This document shows, piece by piece, positions 12,928 through 28,696 of a DNA stretch of 64,000 nucleotides. The first letter of the stretch is position 1; each line of letters starts with the position of its first letter. The notes below the pieces were generated by a model. The model was not told where the DNA came from and ran no database searches. It was given only the letters and a program-made list of their open reading frames with translations. A program made the translations under genes and the position numbers. The stretch lies in assembly GCA_965113315.1 (NCBI GenBank), contig OZ220371.1; one strand, given 5' to 3'. Source of the stretch: Podarcis vaucheri (lineage: Eukaryota).

Positions 12928-14559
12928 CCCTAAGGGATCTCAGGGTGTGGCACTTATTGTTTAGATGCCCAGGTGCTCAGGGCCATAGTAGCCCCTGCCA
13001 GTGACTAGCTGGGATTCACTGGATGTCGTTCACACCGCAGACAGATCCTAATATTGGTTTTCCTCCACTGTGTCAACCAGCAGGCAGGCTGAATGATCAT
13101 CAGATAGATGGCCAATGCCTGCACCAAACCTCTTTTCATCTGTAATCAATAAAGGTATGGCCTGATTTGAACCCATCACAAATCTCTGCTCACTATGTTT
13201 CCTGGTTGCTCCCCCCTAACCCCCCTTGCATAATTGTACCTGGAGACACAATTTAAACTCTTGTTTCTCTCTAGCTAGCTGTAAATTTTATCAAATCTAG
13301 TTTTATCAATAGAAAAGGTTAACCTCTTTGTCACATAGTTTTATAAATAAAAAAGGAACTAAATTAGTCTGAGGAAAGTCATCCATTTGGGGCAGATAAT
13401 CCCTAAACTGTGGCAAGTAGTGGACCACACAACGTCAGACAAGACGCAGCAGCGCTACAGATGAAAATAGCCGACTACATCCCGCAAAAGCGCAAGTTTT
13501 TCTGGTGATGGATATTTCATAGTTGCAAACCTTTCATACCTTTTAGACACACATCTTTAATTGCTTTCATTGTGTTGCCTCTGTGGCAAAATGCCAGCGC
13601 TTTCCATTCTGGAAGCAAATTTTAACCATACTTTCTAGCAAGATCAACATGGCTGGGTTTGACACCCGCCTTTCTTAAGTGATTGCACACATCGTTGCTA
13701 ATGCTGGTTATGGTAATTACCATATATGATTAATAACTAGAACCAAGACCAAAACAGAAAGTAAATCTGGCTTCTAAAGAAATAAATGTTCACATTGAGT
13801 GCAGCCCAGATTCTATTTTCCAGACCTACCCAAACATATTTCCATTCCAATTACCAACTGCTGATTAAGTGTCCACAGCTTAACCACCACTTTCTGCCCT
13901 TGCTCATTACTCCAGACCTGTTGCCTGTTCTAATATCCGTCTGTCTGCATAGTCAGAAACCATGGCATTACACAGATTTCATTTCACTAGCCTCTCTCTG
14001 ATACTAAAATAATTAGAAAGATCAGAAAGAGCAAAAGGCATTTACTGAAACAGATGTTCTCTTCTCTTGAACCAGCAGAAGGGAAAAGTGTCAGTGAAAG
14101 AACAGCCAGGCCAGTAATTATTTCCAGTGTGTAAACTGATAGGATTTTAAAATGTTTCCACACTTCTAGCGCTGTTAGCATTGCAACTGAAATCCACGTC
14201 ACACTAAGCTGTAATGTGAATTATACTGTAACTACAGTACCAGGTGTGTTTACTGTTTCCAAACTATGTTGAAATCTCATAATAGTATTCAGGTGGTCAG
14301 CTAGATTCTTCTTAAATTTCTGTGAGCAGTGGCATAACAGCATGTCTGCCCATAGCTATGAGCATCTGAATATTTAAATACAGAAATTATGGCACCAAAC
14401 TGCAGTGCACTATATAAGAAAATAATATAGCAGTTATCAAAAACTCAAGATCTACTCCAAAATCTAGTACATGGCAGGATTTCTCTTGTTGTCTTGCCAA
14501 TACATACTACTCATTTCCCTTTAATAGACTGTAATGAGTCATCCTTAGCTGGCAGACTG

Positions 14560-14561
<2 letters not shown>

Positions 14562-14593
<32 letters not shown>
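14562..14593. repeat. (GT)16 microsatellite
   Basis: Read directly from the sequence. Confidence 0.95.
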
Positions 14594-14595
<2 letters not shown>

Positions 14596-15085
14596 AAAAT
14601 AATCTTATGGACAAAACTTTCTTCTTCTTCACTCAATATTTCCTTTGCAATTCCCTGAATGAGGTTCAAGATTCTTCGCCCCTTAAAGGTATAAGTTTTG
14701 AAGTGAGTTCATTGTTCAGGTTTCAGGTTTACAAAATCCAAATTGTATCCAACCAAGTTTTTAACATACACATTCCTATACTTCCACATACCTGTAGAAT
14801 ACTCCCAACTATGCAAAAATCACCCCGTTTTTTGGATGGCCCTGTTTTGCTTCCAAACTGAAAGGCACTCAGACTCTTGAATTTTGGATTAGAGAGAAGG
14901 ATGTTCACATCTGTCACTCAGTTTCCCTCTTCAGGCATTGCGGCACATGAAGCTGCAATCATGAGAAGTGTGACAGTAAGCTGTGTGCCTGGCTAGCCCC
15001 ATTCCTTCCATCACATGCCTGATGGTCCAACCCCAATGCCACTCACATATCAAAGCTAAAGGTCTGAAGTGTAGAGTCTGCTATA

Positions 15086-15310
15086 AAGTGGTACCTCGGT
15101 TTATGAACTTAATCCGTTCCGTAAGTCCATTTCTTAAACCGAGGCGCGCTTTCCCTAATAAGGCCTCCCACCGCTGGTGCCCTTCCACCGTTCAGATTCC
15201 ATTCTTAGACTGAGGTAAAGTTCTCAAACCGGGACATTATTTCTGCTTTTGCAGAGTTTGTAAACCAAATTGTTCTTAAACCAGACTGTTCTTAAACCAA
15301 GGTACCACTG
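15086..15310. mobile_element. Tc1/mariner (Tigger/pogo-like) MITE
   Basis: TIR AGTGGTACCTCGG...CCAAGGTACCACTG with TA TSD; related to the copies at 47736 and 54530. Confidence 0.85.
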
Positions 15311-18300
15311 TATGTGGATATGCTCCCTGTGCAATTTAGAACCATACAGGATTGGGGTTTTTAATTGCACAGGGAGGCTATTTGCACACAGCAAGTTACC
15401 CTCTTCAGAACTTCAACCCCAGCACATGGATGGCAGCAAGACTGTTAGAGATGGGGCAGAGTGGGGGGAGGAGAGAGAAGAGATCAGCAAACACAACCTC
15501 CCTCTTCCCATCACCTGATTCTAATTGCATGAGAAGCTGAACTCCTGATAGGGCTTAATGTGACTACAACATCAAACGATTATAAATACATCATCTATTC
15601 CTTAATACTCTTTTAAGCAAAACACTTTTCAGTGGAAGCGACATTATTAGTAGGCATTCCATCCAGCTGTGGGGCAGAGAAAGGAAGGAGGGCATTTCCA
15701 TCCACTCTGCTGAAATGGAACTGCCTTTGGCTCTGCTTCTAACATCACCTAGTTGGAGCCATCAGGCTGCAGAACACAGTGGGAGAATGGTAACAAGAGA
15801 ATTGCATTGGCTCTACCAAGAGTTCAGATGCCTTTGACTCTCTTTCTCTCTCAGTCACCTAGCAGTAACCATTCCATCTGAACAGTCTCTATTCCAGCTG
15901 GTTGTTATAAGAACTGTAACCTTAGTTTGCTTTCACCCTCCTCCTTCCTCATCACTTTTTCGTTTTTTGTCACATCTTTTAGATATTCTAAGCTTGAGAA
16001 CAGGTACTGTTCTACTTTTTTCATTGACCTGGAAACCAATCTAGAAGACATTTCGATTGGAAAGTATGGCAAAAATGTTTCCTTCAAATATTCAAGCTGT
16101 GAGTTACTTAACAAATTATTGAATGATGAAAATGCATTTAAAAATTGGTCCAGATATGTGCTTCTAAATGATTCAGGAGACCTAATAAGTCCTGCTCTAA
16201 GTCAGACTATATTAACCTAAAAACAAAAACCCAAAACGCAGTACCAACACATATTTTCACCAAAATATGGAAACAGTAACAAGAAAAACAAACAAACCCT
16301 GAAGTACTAGAAATGTGAGGGGCATGAATAAATAATTTTATCCAAAAGCATGTACAATAATTGCTTTTTTATCACCGGAAATACACAGGCAAGTGCTTTT
16401 ATTTAGAGCTAAGAAGCATACTGACTCAAAATTATCCCTGAAGAAGGACATTTTCTGTAGAATGCATTGGGCTCAAATATTAGCTTTTAAAAAAATAAAA
16501 ATAAAATCTCTTTATTCTTTGCCTTCCTGCTTTCTTCTACTTTATGCAGAACCTTCCCAATATCTTCCCTTCTATTTTAGATATTAGAACTTGTTCAGGG
16601 TTTTCCAGTATTGGCACCAACATCGTGTAATGCCAAAAAAGAAAATAAAAAAGCCCATAACCCAAAGCAATTTACACTTTTGAGTAACTTCTTCACAAAC
16701 ACTTGTCAGATTAGAATAAATGTTCCGGATCTACCCTTGTATTTTCTTACTCATCTTATTTTCCTCTCCTGGGTGTAAATTTTCCTTCTAAATATATTGC
16801 ACTGCAGTAAACACTGCTTGTGAATATAAGATTTACAGCACATTAATAAAACCATATAGGCTCAACTGGTCTTAAATATATCTAGACACACAGTTTAAAG
16901 TTCTCATGACTATCTAGAAGAAGATCTGCAGATAGCAATGCCTCATGTTTAAATCTATCTAATGTTTATGCCAATATATCAACTCACTCTGCCCTTCTAC
17001 CAGTCTCTAATGATTTATTTCTACTAATGTGACAGAAAACCCTGAACAGAAAATTGCTGGGTATTCTACTTACTTTATTCTACTTTTCTACCATCTTGCA
17101 ACAATTCATTATAGTAATCTTTACTAGCAAGTAATAAAAAATACAGCTGTAGGACAAAAGGTTTGTCTTTTATGAAACTGAAAGAAGTAACGTTAAGGGT
17201 GACATTTATACTGTGCAGGAATCAGGAAACAAAAAGAGAGACACAGAACGGTGTGCAGCTCAGGCTGCTTCAACCAGATTTTTTCAGTCTGACAGAAGTG
17301 AGAAACAAAGAAGCAATCTGAAAATATCTCAGTAGATTTTGCCACATCCCTCAAACTAAGACTTTTCAAAGTGCAGGTCTAAAATTCTGTTTTATTTACA
17401 GAACTGTAGTGTCATCACCACTAGAGCTACCTTTTATTTAAGTAAGGGGTCCACGAGTGAAGGTAATGAGTTGGGGAAATTCAGGTGGAAGTAAGTCAGG
17501 TTACAAAGCAGATCAGAATGGGCCAGGTTATGGTAGATCAGGTCCAGTTGAGTAGGTCAGCAAGGATGAGGTATGTCCAGGTTCAATACTAGCTCAATTA
17601 TGACAGATTCTCTATGACAGTGGCCAGGACCATGGAGAGCTCTGAGTGAGCATCTAGTTGAGCTGTAGGAAGATGTTGTCTTGGCAAAGAACTGGAGTCA
17701 TCTGAAGAGTTAAAAAGGGCCTGACAGTCCAGCATTTCCACCCCTCCCACCCCTCAAGAGCTGTCTGCAATCCTGAAAAGGCCTGTTGTTGATGCACCAG
17801 TTGCACACTCCTACACAGCTGTGGAACATGTAAACCTCGGCATATGATGATGGGGGAGCCATGTCCTCTGGCCAAGGAGGTATAAAAGAGGGTGCCAAGG
17901 ACTTCCCCTTTAGTGGAATCACCTTTGATTCACACGTAATGTACTATTTTTTAAATTAATGTATATATTGCTTAGTTGTCAAACCTTCACTTCAACACCA
18001 ATGTTATTTACACCTGGAGTATGAGGAATAGTAGGGTATCATAGCAACCATGGCTTCCTGGTTGCATAACTCTAGTTGTTGAAAGATCTATTCTTCCTAT
18101 TCAGGTATTTACCAGAGCAAATTCTAGCAAACTAAATGTCTGTAAAAGTTTCATTATCAAACCAATAATAGTTCTGTATAAACAGCACATCAGCAAATGA
18201 TCCTTAAGCCTAAGTATTACATGAGGCAATACTTTCTTTGCTTTTATATAGAGTATTTATATGTTGCAGCAAGCATGAAGAGACTCACTTTTGTGCTGAA

Positions 18301-18769
18301 GTGAAGGGTGAATACTTCTTCTGATATAGAAGAATATAGAAGTTTATAGAAGAAGATATAGAAGTTTCTAATAACTGCTATATGCAGTTATTAGAAAAGT
18401 GCTTGCTTGCATCAGGGCTAGGGAACCTTCAGCTTAGTAGACATTGTTGGTCTCCCATCTCCCATCAGCCCCATCTAACATCACCAATCAGACATGTACA
18501 ATACGTTGTAAAATCATACTTTATTGTACCACGCAAAGCTTTTAAAAGCAATTCCAATAATTGCTTTCGTTCAGAGGAAAACTTTTAAAACAAAAGTGCA
18601 ATGCTGGTATGCCTTGCACTTTAAATATTTAGTTAAAACTTAGCATCTTAATAACTTTAAAATTTAAACTTTAAAACAGCTACTAAGTCTTGGCATTGTT
18701 CCTATATTACATACACACAACATTTTTTTTTTAAGTCTTTTATTTTAACTTCCCTTAAGACCTTTAACT

Positions 18770-18907
18770 CATGGGTAGCTAACATGTGGCCCTCCAGATG
18801 TTGCCAGACTACGACTCTCATTATTCCTGACCACTGGCTATGCTAGATGGGGCTGATGGGAGTTGTAGTCCAACAAAATCTGCAGGACCACAGGTTAACC
18901 AGTCATG
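18770..18907. mobile_element. hAT-type MITE (common squamate family); a related fragment lies at about 18413-18490
   Basis: Internal inverted pair gactacgactctca/tgggagttgtagtc; 8-bp TSD CTTTAACT/CTTTAAAT. Confidence 0.75.
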
Positions 18908-21900
18908 CTTTAAATAATTGGGTTAATTATCAGTGAAGCAGAATAAAGTCTCCATTAGGCATCAATCTTGTATCAAACACCACTTTATAATGTTAATCAA
19001 TAACAAGATACAGTAAACAGAATTATGAAATATTTTTGTTCTTTAGTTGTGGTTTCAGAAAAGGAAAAAGGGAAAGAAAGAGGGCAACAAGTTAATATGA
19101 CTAATTGCACACATTTACCAAACACACTTGCGTTATTACACAGATATATTAATTTTGGATAAAGGTACAAATAATTTTAGGAAAATATATTTATAGATTT
19201 CTTCTGTAAAGCTCACCTGGTGATGGAAAGCTTCCATAAGCAAAACAGTGAATGTGATTTCTGCCAAGGCTTTCTCTTCCCTGCATTCCCTGCTCCCTGC
19301 CCATCCCACAGTATCACCTCTCCCACTGTTCTAAAGTATCTCCAGCCCAATGGAATAGATCGAGGGGGTGGAAGGATGAAAATGCTCCCTCCTTGTTCTG
19401 CTGATCGAAGTCTGCTGGATCAAAGAGCCTTCCATCAATGGAGAGACAGCACTGGATACAACCCTTTGGCTGGAATCCTGAGCACACTTGATGGATAGGC
19501 AAATGTGTTTCAACCTAGATGTGAGTCAGGTACTTTTGTTTTAAAAATTGTTTTGTGGAAGGTACCTGAAATGACAATTGGGAATTGGGCAAAATGGACA
19601 CCACCAAGGGTGCAAAACTTAAGACAAGGGTGAGTTTTTTTAAGGAAAGGTTAAAGGGAGATACTCATGCTAGCAAGAGAAGAAGGAACAGTAACTTGTT
19701 TTCTGCCTTCCGTAGCAACCTAGATGTCAGTGGCCACTCCCACAGTTTTAGGCATCTTTATTCTTGCATCCCAGACTACCCATTTTAATGCCCATATCAC
19801 ATTCACATGACTACGGTTAATGATAGGCATGGATATGAAATAAAAATAAATCAATACTGTGTATTTAGGATAGCACAGCTTGCATTAATCCTTATCAATA
19901 TACCTGTGGCTCACAATCTCCCTCCCTGCAATGTGGTCCCATGCTGAGGCTTGGGCTTCTGACACTAGACGGCAATGAAAGCCTTGCTTTCAATCAAAAC
20001 TTCCAGATCCATAATATATATGAATGTGCTTATTGTGCTCCTAATGGCCTTGTATGGTTTGCAGCAACTTGGATACATCTTCTCTCCATGATCCATCAAA
20101 TACCCCAAGTTCAAACCAAATTTTATTAAGAGGATAACCTCACTCAAGGGAATGGGAGAAGACATATGGAAAGAGAAATAAAATTCAGAGACATAAATCA
20201 CACAGACACTGAAGAATTGATGGGACAAAGTAACTGAGAATCTAAACAGTGAAGCTTTATATGAAGCATGAGTAAACTGTGGAGGTGCAAGTGGAGAGAG
20301 AAGGAAGACTACATTTCAGTTTAAAGTTGCCATAATTAGCACTAAAACCCCACTGAACCTGGGGGTTAATTATGTCCTCCAGTTTTGGAAACTTGTGACA
20401 GCAACCAAAACCTAATCACAGTTTTTCCAAATGAGACAACAATTAAGATTGGCTAGTATTAACAATTCAGCTGTATATCAATAAAACTTTTAAAGTATAT
20501 GAAATAGCAAAGTATTACTCATTTGCAAAGTTGCATGTTCCTCAACACCATACTAACTTCCCTTGGCCCTTCTTAATTTTATGAAAGTGTCACTACTCCC
20601 CATTTTTGCAGAAAGGGCCACGAAAAACCAATGAACAAACTCACAGGGAAGTAAGACAAAAATATGGGATGTTATCTAACTGTTAAATGCATTTTAATAG
20701 CTTAATTTTGCTATGCATCAAATCTAGACACACTTTTGGCTGCCATTGTCTTATTCTGGAAAACTCTCAGGTTGTTTCGAATGTAACCAAAAGGTGGCAT
20801 GATTACAAAATCTCACAGAAACATTCCTAACAACTGCAGAAAACTAATCTGCTTTTGTTTTTATTGCATCCAGAGTGCAGTTCTGGGATTATAATGACAA
20901 TATAGCGCACACTCACCCTATTAAAACAGGAATTACAATTCAATATACAGGTTATTAAAAACAAAACAAAACAACAACAACCCCCAGCTAAGAAAAATAT
21001 TAGATATTTCTAAATGGAAATAATGTTGAAAAACTGAAATTGCTAACATAGTATATTTCATATTACAATATTGAATCTAGTCTACCAGTGTTTTCTACAG
21101 CTTGCATAAGTCACAACTGATTGGACACAGTCCCTAAGGACATGCCATTTTATCCAGACTGGACGGTTCATTAGTCATAATTACTATAACTGTACAGCAG
21201 AGACTGCAGTTTCATCTCATCATGCATCTTTGATAAAGCTGCTTCCATTTCTGCATCATCAGCATGTAAAGTTAACATTATTGGTGCTTTTCATTTTCCG
21301 ATCTGTGATTAACACAGGCTGCACTTCTTTGGAAATGCACAGAACATTAACATAAGCTTTTTTTTCCCCCTCCCTTTCTTTTTAAAAAAACCCTAATGTC
21401 ATTCATGCTGTGACCACCATTTGAACTTTTTGTTAGAATCAGCTGCTTTACGCACTATGAACTGTGACAGAACAAAGAGATGGGGGGGGTTGGATATTAC
21501 AAACAAAATTCAACACGGAGACAAGTCTCAACCAACTGCTTTATAAACCATGGTTAACAATTTTTATCTAAACTCTGATCCAAATTAGGAAAATGTCTTT
21601 GATGTGACATTAAAGAATGACCATTTTTCAAGTGGGCTAAATCAATGCTAATAGTGATCTAGCAGCTTTAATTTTGAGTGGCAGGATACAGGGAGAAAGA
21701 AAGGGGGGGCAGATAAAAATATAGCTATAGCTATACCTTAGGGAGGATGCAAGAAACTCCTGTGCTGGAAAAGTGTAAAACAAGTGCTTACACATTTTAA
21801 ATATAAATATAGTTGTTCAATTAATCTTAGGACTAATATTAATATGAAGCATAAAAATACTGACACACCCTTTAGATCCCTGTCTCTCTTTTTCAGGATA

Positions 21901-23806
21901 TATAAGAAAGCTTATTGTTTAACAACAGGAAACAAAAAGGCCAGTGGCAGCATCTGAGATTGGAGAGTATACCCATGATATACCACATAAACACTCATAA
22001 TCGACAGCTGCATACAGCTACTGAGGCTGCAAAAATCCCAGAGTAATTAGTGTTGTCTGAATCCAATGACATCTGTGTTCTCATGGTCCTCTAGACTTGT
22101 CAAGCCAATAAGAGGCATATGAAAAAATATGACAAGCATTACAAATGCCCTTCTGAAAGGTCTCACTTTGGGAAAAGCTAAAGAACTGACACATGCCACC
22201 TCTCTGTTTGCCAATATATTTAAACAACTAAAGCCAAAGGATTTGAAAAGGTCTTGAGAGTCGCTCTGCTTTAAGTTTAAAGGATTTGTGTAGAATACAA
22301 TATGGGGACTAGAAATAATTCCATAGGGTTTTTTAAGAATCATTTTATTCATTTGTTTACTATAGAAATACTCTTTCCCATATGTTCACACCACTACATG
22401 TCATCCTCCTTGATCATTCATCCAGCCTACGCTATTCAAATACGCTGTTCCATCTCTCTGCTTCTGAAAACAGGAATCTGAACAATTTCTAAAACTGCAG
22501 CTACAATATAACTGTGGGGAAATTTTTGCATTTTGAGTCGCTCAATTCAAGGCCTGAACCTTTGTTTTAAGATCCTTAGTGCCTATGCTTCAGCCCAATA
22601 CCTAGACTGCAGTAGCACAATGTCTGAGCATGTGTTTGCTGCGAGAAAGACATTAGTCATCATTAACAGAAGCACTGACACCAAACCTAAGTGCCTTTCT
22701 ACAATGACCAAGTGGCAATCATCTTTCTCTTACACTGTCACTGCTGATTAGGGTTTTCTTTCATGAAAATTTAATTTGTTGCCTTTCCGCATCTCCTTTA
22801 AACATTTTCACAGCATTAACAAAGCATGCCAGCAGCATGCTGCAAATGAAGCAACATATTCTGGTTCAAAACCATTGCGATATTATGCTAACAAAAAGGT
22901 CTATGAACAACTTAGTCTAGCTTCGAATGTCTGTAGCCTCTAAATTGACTCCAAGAGTGGAGGGATCCCTTGAAATGTTTAACCTGTATCTTCTAGTCAA
23001 TCCTAATATGTTTATCTTAAAGCCATCTTTTAAGATTAATTTCAAATGCATACTTAACAGATTTTTTTTCTTTTTTTCTTTTAAAAAAAACCATTTTCAT
23101 GGATATGCCCTTATGTTCCCTTTCCACCGGCAAAAAATAAAAATAAATAAAAATTCTGTGTGTAGGCTCATGATCTAAATTAAATTATTTTATCTAGTGA
23201 AAACAAATAAAAAAAACATGCAAGCTACTAAACAGATTCTTAATATTCAGTCTGCCTTTCTAATTTTACACTATATAGATTTGTTAAACAAGATAACTCA
23301 CTGCTGTGCTATTTTAAGGCCATTTTTCAAAACATTTACTCTTCTGCCTTATTTCAATTTGTTTAAAGATTTCTTTTAATTATAAGCATGTGTTATTTTG
23401 TTAACATCTGTGCATAGCGTAAAACCTGAGCAGATCTTGACTTTTGAAAAAAATGATATAACTGACATTAGTTAAGTGATGTGACAATATTTGGAAAAAG
23501 AAGATTAAAGAGTAACCACTGAAAATTATTTTAATACAACATTGTAATTATAAGAATGTTAAACTTCTCAATCAAGCCAGTGTTTACAGTGTACTTTTAC
23601 AAGCATTTAATTTGTGAACTGTGGCATAAACTTGAATTGCCTTTCCTCTTGAAAATCCAATCGTCAGAGTTACAAAAGTTTGACTTGTCAACCCCATTAC
23701 CTTCTGCTATCCTAATAAACTGAAAAAGCAATATTCATCTCTCTCTTTGTGTGTGTGTGGTGTGTGCGCATGTGCACATATAATTTTTTGAATATGTGAC
23801 TATCAG

Positions 23807-23893
23807 TGCAATCCTATGCATTTTTCCCCAGAAGCAAGTTTCACTATTGTATTCAAAATGGCTTATTCCCTAGGAAGTGTGTTTAGGATTGCA
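23807..23893. mobile_element. Old short palindromic element (MITE-like relic)
   Basis: Perfect 10-bp inverted repeat TGCAATCCTA...TAGGATTGCA; decayed relatives near 32160, 43800 and 45540-45690. Confidence 0.55.
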
Positions 23894-24514
23894 TCCTCAG
23901 TTTATAACAGGAGCCAAAGCACATTTATTTGGCAGGGATCTCACCTAACAGATTGGATTTAAAGAATGCAGTGACAGACATTTAAAACACTGTACTATGT
24001 ACAGTGTTCTGAAATCAGGTCCTAAGGACAATAATGCAAATAACTATTATCAGCGACTAGCCAAATAAATAATAGGACAACACAACATTTATGCAATATA
24101 TAGTTATTATATTGGGGGGGGGTTCTATTTAAAAAACCCTAACTACTCCCACATATTGTAATTTTATGTGAAAAACAACCTATTTAAATTATTGTTCTCC
24201 ATTTAGTGTTTGATATTCTGGAAAGCACAAAATGGCATGATAAATTAATGTCATCTGCAGAGAGATACTTGAATTCATTGCCAGTGTTATTACATCTGCT
24301 CCATAAAGGATTTAGGCTAATAAACTGCAAGTGCTGACTCTAAGGTCCTCTCCCTCTCCTTCCCTCCTCCTAGGCTTCCACGTCAAGTTCAGGGGAAGAA
24401 GTTTAGCTCTTTGGTTCCCAACCCCCAGCCTGTCCAAGTCACTTGTCAGTAAAAGGTTGGGCAATTTATTGACCACTTCTGGATGCATACTGTCAGTGTT
24501 GAAGGAAATATGAG

Positions 24515-24774
24515 NNNNNNNNNNNNNNNNNNNNNNNNNNNNNNNNNNNNNNNNNNNNNNNNNNNNNNNNNNNNNNNNNNNNNNNNNNNNNNNNNNNNNN
24601 NNNNNNNNNNNNNNNNNNNNNNNNNNNNNNNNNNNNNNNNNNNNNNNNNNNNNNNNNNNNNNNNNNNNNNNNNNNNNNNNNNNNNNNNNNNNNNNNNNNN
24701 NNNNNNNNNNNNNNNNNNNNNNNNNNNNNNNNNNNNNNNNNNNNNNNNNNNNNNNNNNNNNNNNNNNNNNNNNN
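24515..24774. other. Assembly gap (N run)
   Basis: Run of N. Confidence 1.
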
Positions 24775-27700
24775 CCTCCTCATCAATTAAGCTCTGACTA
24801 GGCTTGCCTGTAGAAACCTGACCTTTTAAGTTTAGGTGAATATGGACTAGCTGAACACACCATTGCCCTCCGCACTGAGTCAGGAAATTCAGTGACAGGT
24901 TAAACAAAACAGAAGGTTGTAACTGTCATAATTTGCATTGCACTTTCACGCCAACAAGGGTGTTATCAGTGGGGGCAAGCCCTGGAACACACAACTTAAG
25001 CAACCCTTAGTTGCCCTCCTCATAAATTTTCAAGTGAAGCAAGATAAAACATAAATTCACAAATGTATTAACTACTTCAAGTTCCTTTCTTCCAAGTCTG
25101 CATTTTGGAAGTTGACAAACTACATAATAATCTTATCCCAAGATTGCACAACTATAATAAATGGTCATTAATGATGGGCTTCCAACTTTCATTGCTTAAC
25201 TATTCTGTACAGTTCAGAGTTCGAGAGGGGTTGGTTTCCTAAATTAACAGAGACAGGACACCAGAATAGGTCTGCACACATGCCTAATTCAAACAGAACT
25301 ACAAATAATACAATTATATTTTTTTTTAGCCTCTAGATGGTATATACTATATTTATGCTTTTTAAAAATGTGATCTCTAACTCTCTTAGCTCAGGATTAG
25401 TAACAAATTAGGAACACTCCATTCATTAAAAACAAAGCATATCATCTATGATCATATTAAAAACAGTATGATTTAGTAAAAGCAAAGCAAGAACCCAGCT
25501 CTGCCCTGCCCACTAATTGCATAGTCAGAATATAAACCCTGTAGGATGATACAAAACTCCCATCTAATCCAGAATTTTGTTTCCTGCCATGACCAAGAGG
25601 ATTCTTGCAGGCTATAATATTCACCTGTTTGTGCCTAGGAACTGGTATTCAGAAGTATAATGCCTTAGAACATGAAGAGATGTTCTCCTAATTACCATTT
25701 TTCCTTGAAAGACTTGTATCAGTAGTGAATCTTGTAATCGAAGCTGTAGTTGTTCACGTAAATGTTTTGGCATGTTCAAAGATGCTGGCAGTAAATATAT
25801 TTAAACTTTTCCACCTACAGTTTAATTATACTGAAAATTTAAATTAAAAAATAGTAGCACTATTTCACATTGCAAACATTATGAGTAGTTTTTTGGCAGT
25901 TCATTTCTCAACCTTGCTCAATACCAATAGCCATGCACTTTAAGGAAATTATTTATGGAGCGTCTGAAATGTCTTTACCAAAAATCTTGCTTTTCTTTGC
26001 TGATCTAACCCAATAGCCACCATTATGAACTGGAATGTCAATAAACTTTGAAAGCTAAAGAAGCAGAAGTAAAAAAAAGGAGTATTACTGAATATGTAAA
26101 TAATGTAATAATATAAACTAAGTTTGTAATCCGTACCCAAATATGCTAGTGGTTTCATGAAAAGACTGGGCATAGTCCAAGCCCTCTCATCATCCAAATG
26201 GCATACAGAGGGCATACTGTGAAGGCAATCAGGTGCCTAAGTACATCAGGAGTTGGAAGAAGCAGATATATATATCTGGATGCAGAACATGTGCTGATTA
26301 CTCCTTTTCCCCATCTGCCATAACACCAGGGGGCAGCTATTCAATGCCTCACCTCCTAAGTTAAGAAGCCTCTGTGCTATCTAGCATATTGAACCTCTGT
26401 GCTCATGTATGTACAAAAATAAAAAATACGAAAGTATTGAACAAAGTCAAATCTAGGTGAGGAGCTGCAGATTAAGGAGAGATCTTAGGACTGTGCTAGA
26501 AAAATTATCCCAAGGCAACTGAGTTGGAATATGAATTTCTAGGACCATGCCTAGTGTTAGAAAAGAGCAAAACATGTGTAGCAATGCTGAGTTCATCAGT
26601 CTCCTGTATTCTCCTTCCCACCCCACTGCAGCTTGATAGATCATGGCCCACGGTGAAACCTGCAGTACACTCCTTTGGTGATTTATGTTCCTCTCCTGTG
26701 AACTGCAACATGCTTGGAGGCAAGGATGATCTACTGTGTATTGCAGCTGTGGCTTTTCGGTCCGTATTGTGCCACTTGTTTGTTTGTTTTTAGACTGTTT
26801 CACCATTTAGTAGGATATGAATTTAACAAACCAATAACCAAATTCTGATATAATTTCTGTAATATTACAGAATTTAATTGATTGCAGGCCCGCATTCATA
26901 AGCACAGAAGGCGCGATTCCACCAAAGTTAAGTGCTTCTTAAGTTCTACTGATTTCAAAGGAGGAGAAAGTGAAGCATATGCTTGACTTTCACATTAAAA
27001 TAAAAAAGTGCTTATCACAGTGATGTATTGCAGTGCACAGTAAATACAAGAATAGTAGATTTAATTGAGCCTGGGTGCATCTTTCCTTCTTTCTCCCCCT
27101 TTTCCAGGCCTAAAGTGATGATTAACTATGCATCTGGTAGCATGTCACATCCTTTGTTTGTGCCTATCAGATAGGGAAGAGAAAGGGCATGGACAGTGTC
27201 CAGTCCCAGCAAGCAAATCATTTGGAAACAGCCATAGTCATAGATCAAAAGGTTTTTTGCTCTATCCATGGCAGATTTAAACACACCAACCCAGCGTTTT
27301 GCTGTAGACAAAGCCAGCTAGAAAACAAGACTCCATAGAATCCAAAGATAATAAAAGAAGATCTGGAGTGTGGGGCAGGGGATGAGAGACACAGAGAAGA
27401 AACAGACAGGTATAGCCAGTGCATACATAGCCTGAGACAGCTGTTTTACATCCTAGTTTCAGAATGTTGAGGGAGAAAAGTTACCACCAATCCTTTGTTC
27501 GCCAAATGTTATTTCAGCTATACTGGCACATACAGCTTCTGTATTTTATTCATGCGAACAGGTATTCTTCTTTCATCACTCAGTGGGCCTTCAACACCTA
27601 ATCTGCCATTTTTTATTAAACTTTGTTTCTCACAATGGATAATTTTTGTATCACATTTTAGAGAAGATACTGTGTAGTTCCATCACCTTTAGGAAAGGTA

Positions 27701-28696
27701 ACTTAGAAAATGATTTCCAATGTTTAGTGTTGGAAAAACATACTTGCAATCTACATTGACTGACTCATTGTTTCCTTTGCAAATATTAAAGCTATAAGAG
27801 GTTTTATGGAACAGCAACCAGAAAACTGAGGTTGACACACAGTGTATTTTTCAAAAGTGACATCACAGTTTTATATCACTTCACAAACAAATGACATTGA
27901 ACTTCAACCAGGGATATGAAGGTTTTAAAGTTAGGGTTTAAATAAGTGTCTTGCTATAAATGCTACTTATTACAGCTGAGACTGTCTATGCCAAAACTCA
28001 AATCACAAGGATTGCATATCCTTCCTTCTTGTGGAAATAGGATTCTCATAGAGTATGGTTGGAAAATGCCAAAATGAGGCCATGACAAATTTACTAAAAA
28101 TATATTGAAATGGTTTTAAACTACAAACAGCACGTTCAACATGTGTCACTGCAATTGCTTGTAAAATATCGTCTACATTTTCTGCTGTCTAAAGTCACCA
28201 GAAAACCTCAGGAGATCCATAATCCACATATCCAATGCATACAATGAATTGACAGCAGGCAATGCTATAGAAAGGGGGCAACTGGAACCCAATTTGGTTC
28301 AAATAGATTAGGGAATTTAAAATTAGATTTTGCAGATTAGCTGAATTGCAGAGGGCCACCTTGAATGATTCAATAAACTATAAATACGAAGCATAGATAT
28401 ATATAACCTCACCATAATCAATAAAATCAACTTTTGTCTAGTACAATTGCAACATTCTAAAAGCAGCAGAAAAAAAATCATTTTTATTTGCCTTTGATAC
28501 AACTAAAGTTCCACTACTGCTGTGCTTTTCCGTTCTAGTAGCTGCTTGTCTCAGCAATGGATCGTTCCTATTTCAGTATAAGTTTATTGTTCTCACCAAA
28601 GGACATGACAAACCTGCAGCAACAGTACCAATAAAACAATACAGATCATACAACTAAAGTTAGTCTTCTCATATTCTGAACTACTTCAGTAACAGT

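Noticed and set aside
12240-13230. Possible LTR/DIRS-like element surrounding the 12746 MITE (AATAAA near 13148)
   Set aside because: Composition is suggestive, but no termini or TSD could be defined.
17410-17920. Possible decayed LTR
   Set aside because: No convincing TG...CA termini with a matching TSD.
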